A stretch of DNA of 64,000 nt from Acidobacteriaceae bacterium (lineage in GTDB: Bacteria; Acidobacteriota; Terriglobia; Terriglobales; Acidobacteriaceae). Positions 61,110-64,000 of this stretch are shown piece by piece (positions within the stretch are counted from its first letter, which is position 1; each line of letters opens with the position of its first letter). The notes beneath the pieces were generated by a model, which was not told where the DNA came from, did not search any database, and saw nothing but the letters and a program-made list of their open reading frames with translations. The translations under genes and the position numbers were made by a program. The DNA lies in assembly GCA_049578265.1 (NCBI GenBank), contig JBAULP010000014.1, positions 6,763 through 70,762 on the forward strand, read 5' to 3'.

Positions 61110-61252
61110 TGGCTTCGGAGTTTCGGCGATCTCGCGAGGGGCTCGCATCGGCGAGATGTCGGCACTTGTGAGGATCGTGTCGCTGACCACGGATGCGTTT
61201 CGTGGTGGTCGGTTGCGCCAAAGGGTTGAATGGGTTGCATCGAGGAGGTTCT

Positions 61253-61654
61253 ATGCTTCAGGACGAAGAGTATCGGCAGGTTGCGCACACGGTGGATGTG
61301 GTATGGATGATCGCGTTGTGGCACTGGATTCACGGCGGCGATCCTCTGCGCGATCAAGCGAAGGCAGAGACGACAGAACTGATGGCACGCGCGCTGGTCA
61401 GCCATCTGAGCGAGGGGGAGACGGGGATGTCCGGCGACGCTATCGAAAAGCTGAACCAGCTTGGCATCTTGATCAGCGTCAAAGAGGGAGACCAGCGCCA
61501 CGAGGTCACGTCTACCAGGCAGTTTCATGAACTTATGACCGCGGAACAGGGCAAGAATCGTCCTATACCGTGCGCATTGTTCCCCGGCGACCATCTGATC
61601 TGCGGGAGACCGATCTGGGATTTTCCGTTCACGCAGTATCATCCCTGGGCGTAG
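61253..61654 (+). CDS. Hypothetical protein
   Basis: Strong GAGGAGG RBS; 133 aa; W.WIHGGDP motif. Confidence 0.6.
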   Translation: MLQDEEYRQVAHTVDVVWMIALWHWIHGGDPLRDQAKAETTELMARALVSHLSEGETGMSGDAIEKLNQLGILISVKEGDQRHEVTSTRQFHELMTAEQGKNRPIPCALFPGDHLICGRPIWDFPFTQYHPWA

Positions 61655-61758
61655 GACGAAACGAAACGGCGGGAAGTTGGCCGATGACGTTGTGCGCAGG
61701 TTGACAACGGAGGGACGCGCGGCTGGTTCACGGCGGGCCGCGTTCTTCCGGGGTGCGA

Positions 61759-63927
61759 TTATTCGTCGAGGTCTTCGACGGGACGCTTGCTGGTGGAGAT
61801 GATTTTCTCTGCGATGGCGGAGGGTACGAAGTCGTAGTGGTCCATCTCCATGTGGAAGCTGCCCTGGCCGTGGGTCATGGAGGTTAGGGTTGTGCCGTAG
61901 GTGAGCATCTCGGCGAGGGGGACCTGGGCGCTTACGATGGCGCGGCGGCCTTTGGTTTCCATGCCCTGGACGCGGCCGCGGCGGCTGTTGAGGTCGCCGA
62001 CTACGGCTCCGGCGGTGTCGTCGGGGATGTCGATTTCGACGCGCATGACGGGTTCTAGTAGCGCCGGCTTCGCCGTCTCCATGGCGGCGCGGAAGGCTAA
62101 GCGGCCGGCGATCTTGAAGGCCATTTCGCTGGAGTCTACGTCGTGATAGCTGCCGTCGAAGACTACGGCGCGGAAGTCGACGACGGGATAGCCGGCGAGA
62201 TAGCCGCGGACGGCGGTTTCGAGGATGCCTTTTTCGATGGCGGGGACGAAGCCGCGGGGGATGGCGCCGCCGAAGATGTCGTTGACGAACTCGAAGCCGC
62301 CGCCGCGCGGGAGGGGTTCGAGGCGGACCTTGCAGTCGCCGAACTGGCCGTGGCCTCCGCTTTGCTTTTTGTGGCGGCCGTGGCCGGTGGCGGTGGCGCG
62401 GATGGTTTCGCGGTAGGGCACCTTGGGGGATTTGAGCGTGACTTCGGTGTGGTAGCGGCGGCGAAGTTTGGAGACGACGGCTTCGATGTGGAGCTGGCCG
62501 GCGCCGGCGAGGAGGAAGTCGTTGGTCTGGGGGTCGCGGTAGAAACGCAGGAGGAGATCTTCTTCCATGAGCTTGTGGAGGGCTGGCGCGAGCTTGTCTT
62601 CGTCGGCGCGGGACTTGGGCTCGATGGCGTAGGTCATGGCGGGCTCGGGCGTGGGGAGCGGGTCGATGCGGAGGTCGTGGCCTTTGACGCCGAGGGTGTC
62701 GCCGGTTTGCGTGACGCGGAGCTTGGCTACGACGCCTAGATCACCGGCGTGGAGCTCGGGGACTTCGACCAGCTTGCGGCCCTGCATGACGCCGATGTGG
62801 GTGAGGCGCTCGGTCTCGGAGCGGTTGTAGTTTTCGAGCGAGGCTTCGTTGCGGATGCAACCGCTGATGACTTTGAAGAAGGAGATGCGGCCGGCGAAGG
62901 GATCGACGAGGGTCTTGTAGACGTAGAGGGTGGCGGGCTCGGTGTCGGCTACGGAGCAGAGGACGGTGTCGTCGGTCGGGGATTCGGTGGCGGCTTCTAT
63001 TTTGTGGGGGGAGGCGCCGTTGCCGTTGGATTTGGCTTGCTTGAGCGCGTGGGCGGAGATGGGTGGGCGCTCGTTGGGCGAGGGGATATAGACCTTGAGG
63101 AAGTCGAGGAGGTGGTCGGTGGCGACGTTGGAGAGGGCGGAGGTGTAGAGGATGGGGAAGATGCGGTCTTCGCGGATGGCGTCGTGGATGGCCTGGATGA
63201 GGTGCTCGGTGGGGATGGTGCCGACGGCGAAGAACTCTTCGAGGAGCTCGTCTTTGCCTTCGGCTACGAGCTCGACGAGGGCTTCGTGCGCGGCCTTGGC
63301 TTCGGCTTCTAGCTCGGCGGGGATGGGGCCGCGGGTGCCGATGCCGCCGCTTTGTGTGGTGTCGCGGTGGGGGTTGTAGAGGAAGGCTTCCATGGTGACG
63401 AGATCGACGAGGCCGTGGAATCCTTGTGCGTCGACGATGGGAAGCTGGACGGGGATGACGTGACGGCCGAAGCGCTCGCGGAGGGCGTCGATGAGCTGAG
63501 CGCGCTCGGCGGGCGATGCGACTCTGGAATGGTCTGCGTGGTTGATGACCAGGATGCGTGGGATGTTGAGGTCGGCGGCGTAGTTCCAAACGGTGGTGGT
63601 GACGGATTCTATTCCCGATTGCCCGTTGATGAGGAGGACGGCGGCTTCGGCGGGGAGCATGGCGGCGCGGGCTTCGTGGACGAACATGTGGAAGCCGGGA
63701 GTGTCGATGAGGTTGATGCGGGTGCCGCTCCACTCGGCGAAGGCGACGGCGTTGGACATGGTGATGCCGCGGGCGATCTCTTCTTCGTCATAGGCGGTAA
63801 CGGCGTTGCCATTGGCGGTGGGCATGCCGGCGGTCTTGAGCATCGCAGTGATCAGCGCAGTTTTGCCGCTGTGCGAGTGACCGGTGAACGCAATGTTGCG
63901 GATGTCTGTGTTGGCGTAGCTCTTCAT
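61759..63927 (-). CDS. fusA: Elongation factor G-like paralogue (EF-G2 type)
   Basis: IRNIAFTGHSHSGKT, NLIDTPG, HKKQSGGHGQFG, DGSYHDVDSSEMAF, LLEP; stand-alone, outside the str operon; start 63927 from RBS spacing. Confidence 0.9.
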   Translation of the reverse strand: MKSYANTDIRNIAFTGHSHSGKTALITAMLKTAGMPTANGNAVTAYDEEEIARGITMSNAVAFAEWSGTRINLIDTPGFHMFVHEARAAMLPAEAAVLLINGQSGIESVTTTVWNYAADLNIPRILVINHADHSRVASPAERAQLIDALRERFGRHVIPVQLPIVDAQGFHGLVDLVTMEAFLYNPHRDTTQSGGIGTRGPIPAELEAEAKAAHEALVELVAEGKDELLEEFFAVGTIPTEHLIQAIHDAIREDRIFPILYTSALSNVATDHLLDFLKVYIPSPNERPPISAHALKQAKSNGNGASPHKIEAATESPTDDTVLCSVADTEPATLYVYKTLVDPFAGRISFFKVISGCIRNEASLENYNRSETERLTHIGVMQGRKLVEVPELHAGDLGVVAKLRVTQTGDTLGVKGHDLRIDPLPTPEPAMTYAIEPKSRADEDKLAPALHKLMEEDLLLRFYRDPQTNDFLLAGAGQLHIEAVVSKLRRRYHTEVTLKSPKVPYRETIRATATGHGRHKKQSGGHGQFGDCKVRLEPLPRGGGFEFVNDIFGGAIPRGFVPAIEKGILETAVRGYLAGYPVVDFRAVVFDGSYHDVDSSEMAFKIAGRLAFRAAMETAKPALLEPVMRVEIDIPDDTAGAVVGDLNSRRGRVQGMETKGRRAIVSAQVPLAEMLTYGTTLTSMTHGQGSFHMEMDHYDFVPSAIAEKIISTSKRPVEDLDE

Positions 63928-64000
63928 CCTCATCTCCTTCGGGAAGACGAGGCACAGGTGCGTTGTCAGACGGCAGGAGCAGCGGGAATCGCTGCTGACA

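Overview
High-GC bacterial chromosomal segment. The gene set and intergenic repeats suggest Acidobacteriota subdivision 1 (Granulicella/Edaphobacter-like); this is an inference. About 60 CDS are supported. Housekeeping and stress genes include typA, rpmI-rplT, an EF-G paralogue, an ABC-F ATPase, sodA, ada, an HtrA protease, a Cpx-like two-component system and a DprE1/DprE2-like pair. There is also a split circularly permuted ATP-grasp / alpha-E / transglutaminase locus, three ArsR-led modules and two compositionally foreign candidate defence genes (DUF2075 nuclease-helicase and RloC-like AAA-HEPN). No rRNA, tRNA, CRISPR array or transposase was seen. The most striking unexplained structure is a pair of ~160-180 bp inverted arms (53540-53698 and 54609-54789) bracketing an infC-less rpmI-rplT cassette. 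Each arm carries a phased array of TGTAAAG-N4-CTTTACA palindromes plus GCRYTGAA boxes, and the pair sits where the + strand flips from C-rich to G-rich, so it is a candidate replication origin/terminus or looping element. Also notable are three copies of the ada promoter region around the DUF2075 gene, a secreted Cys-Cys-repeat metallothionein-like gene pair next to sodA, REP-like arrays and many leaderless-type promoters. All family assignments are by motif recognition by eye; no searches were run.
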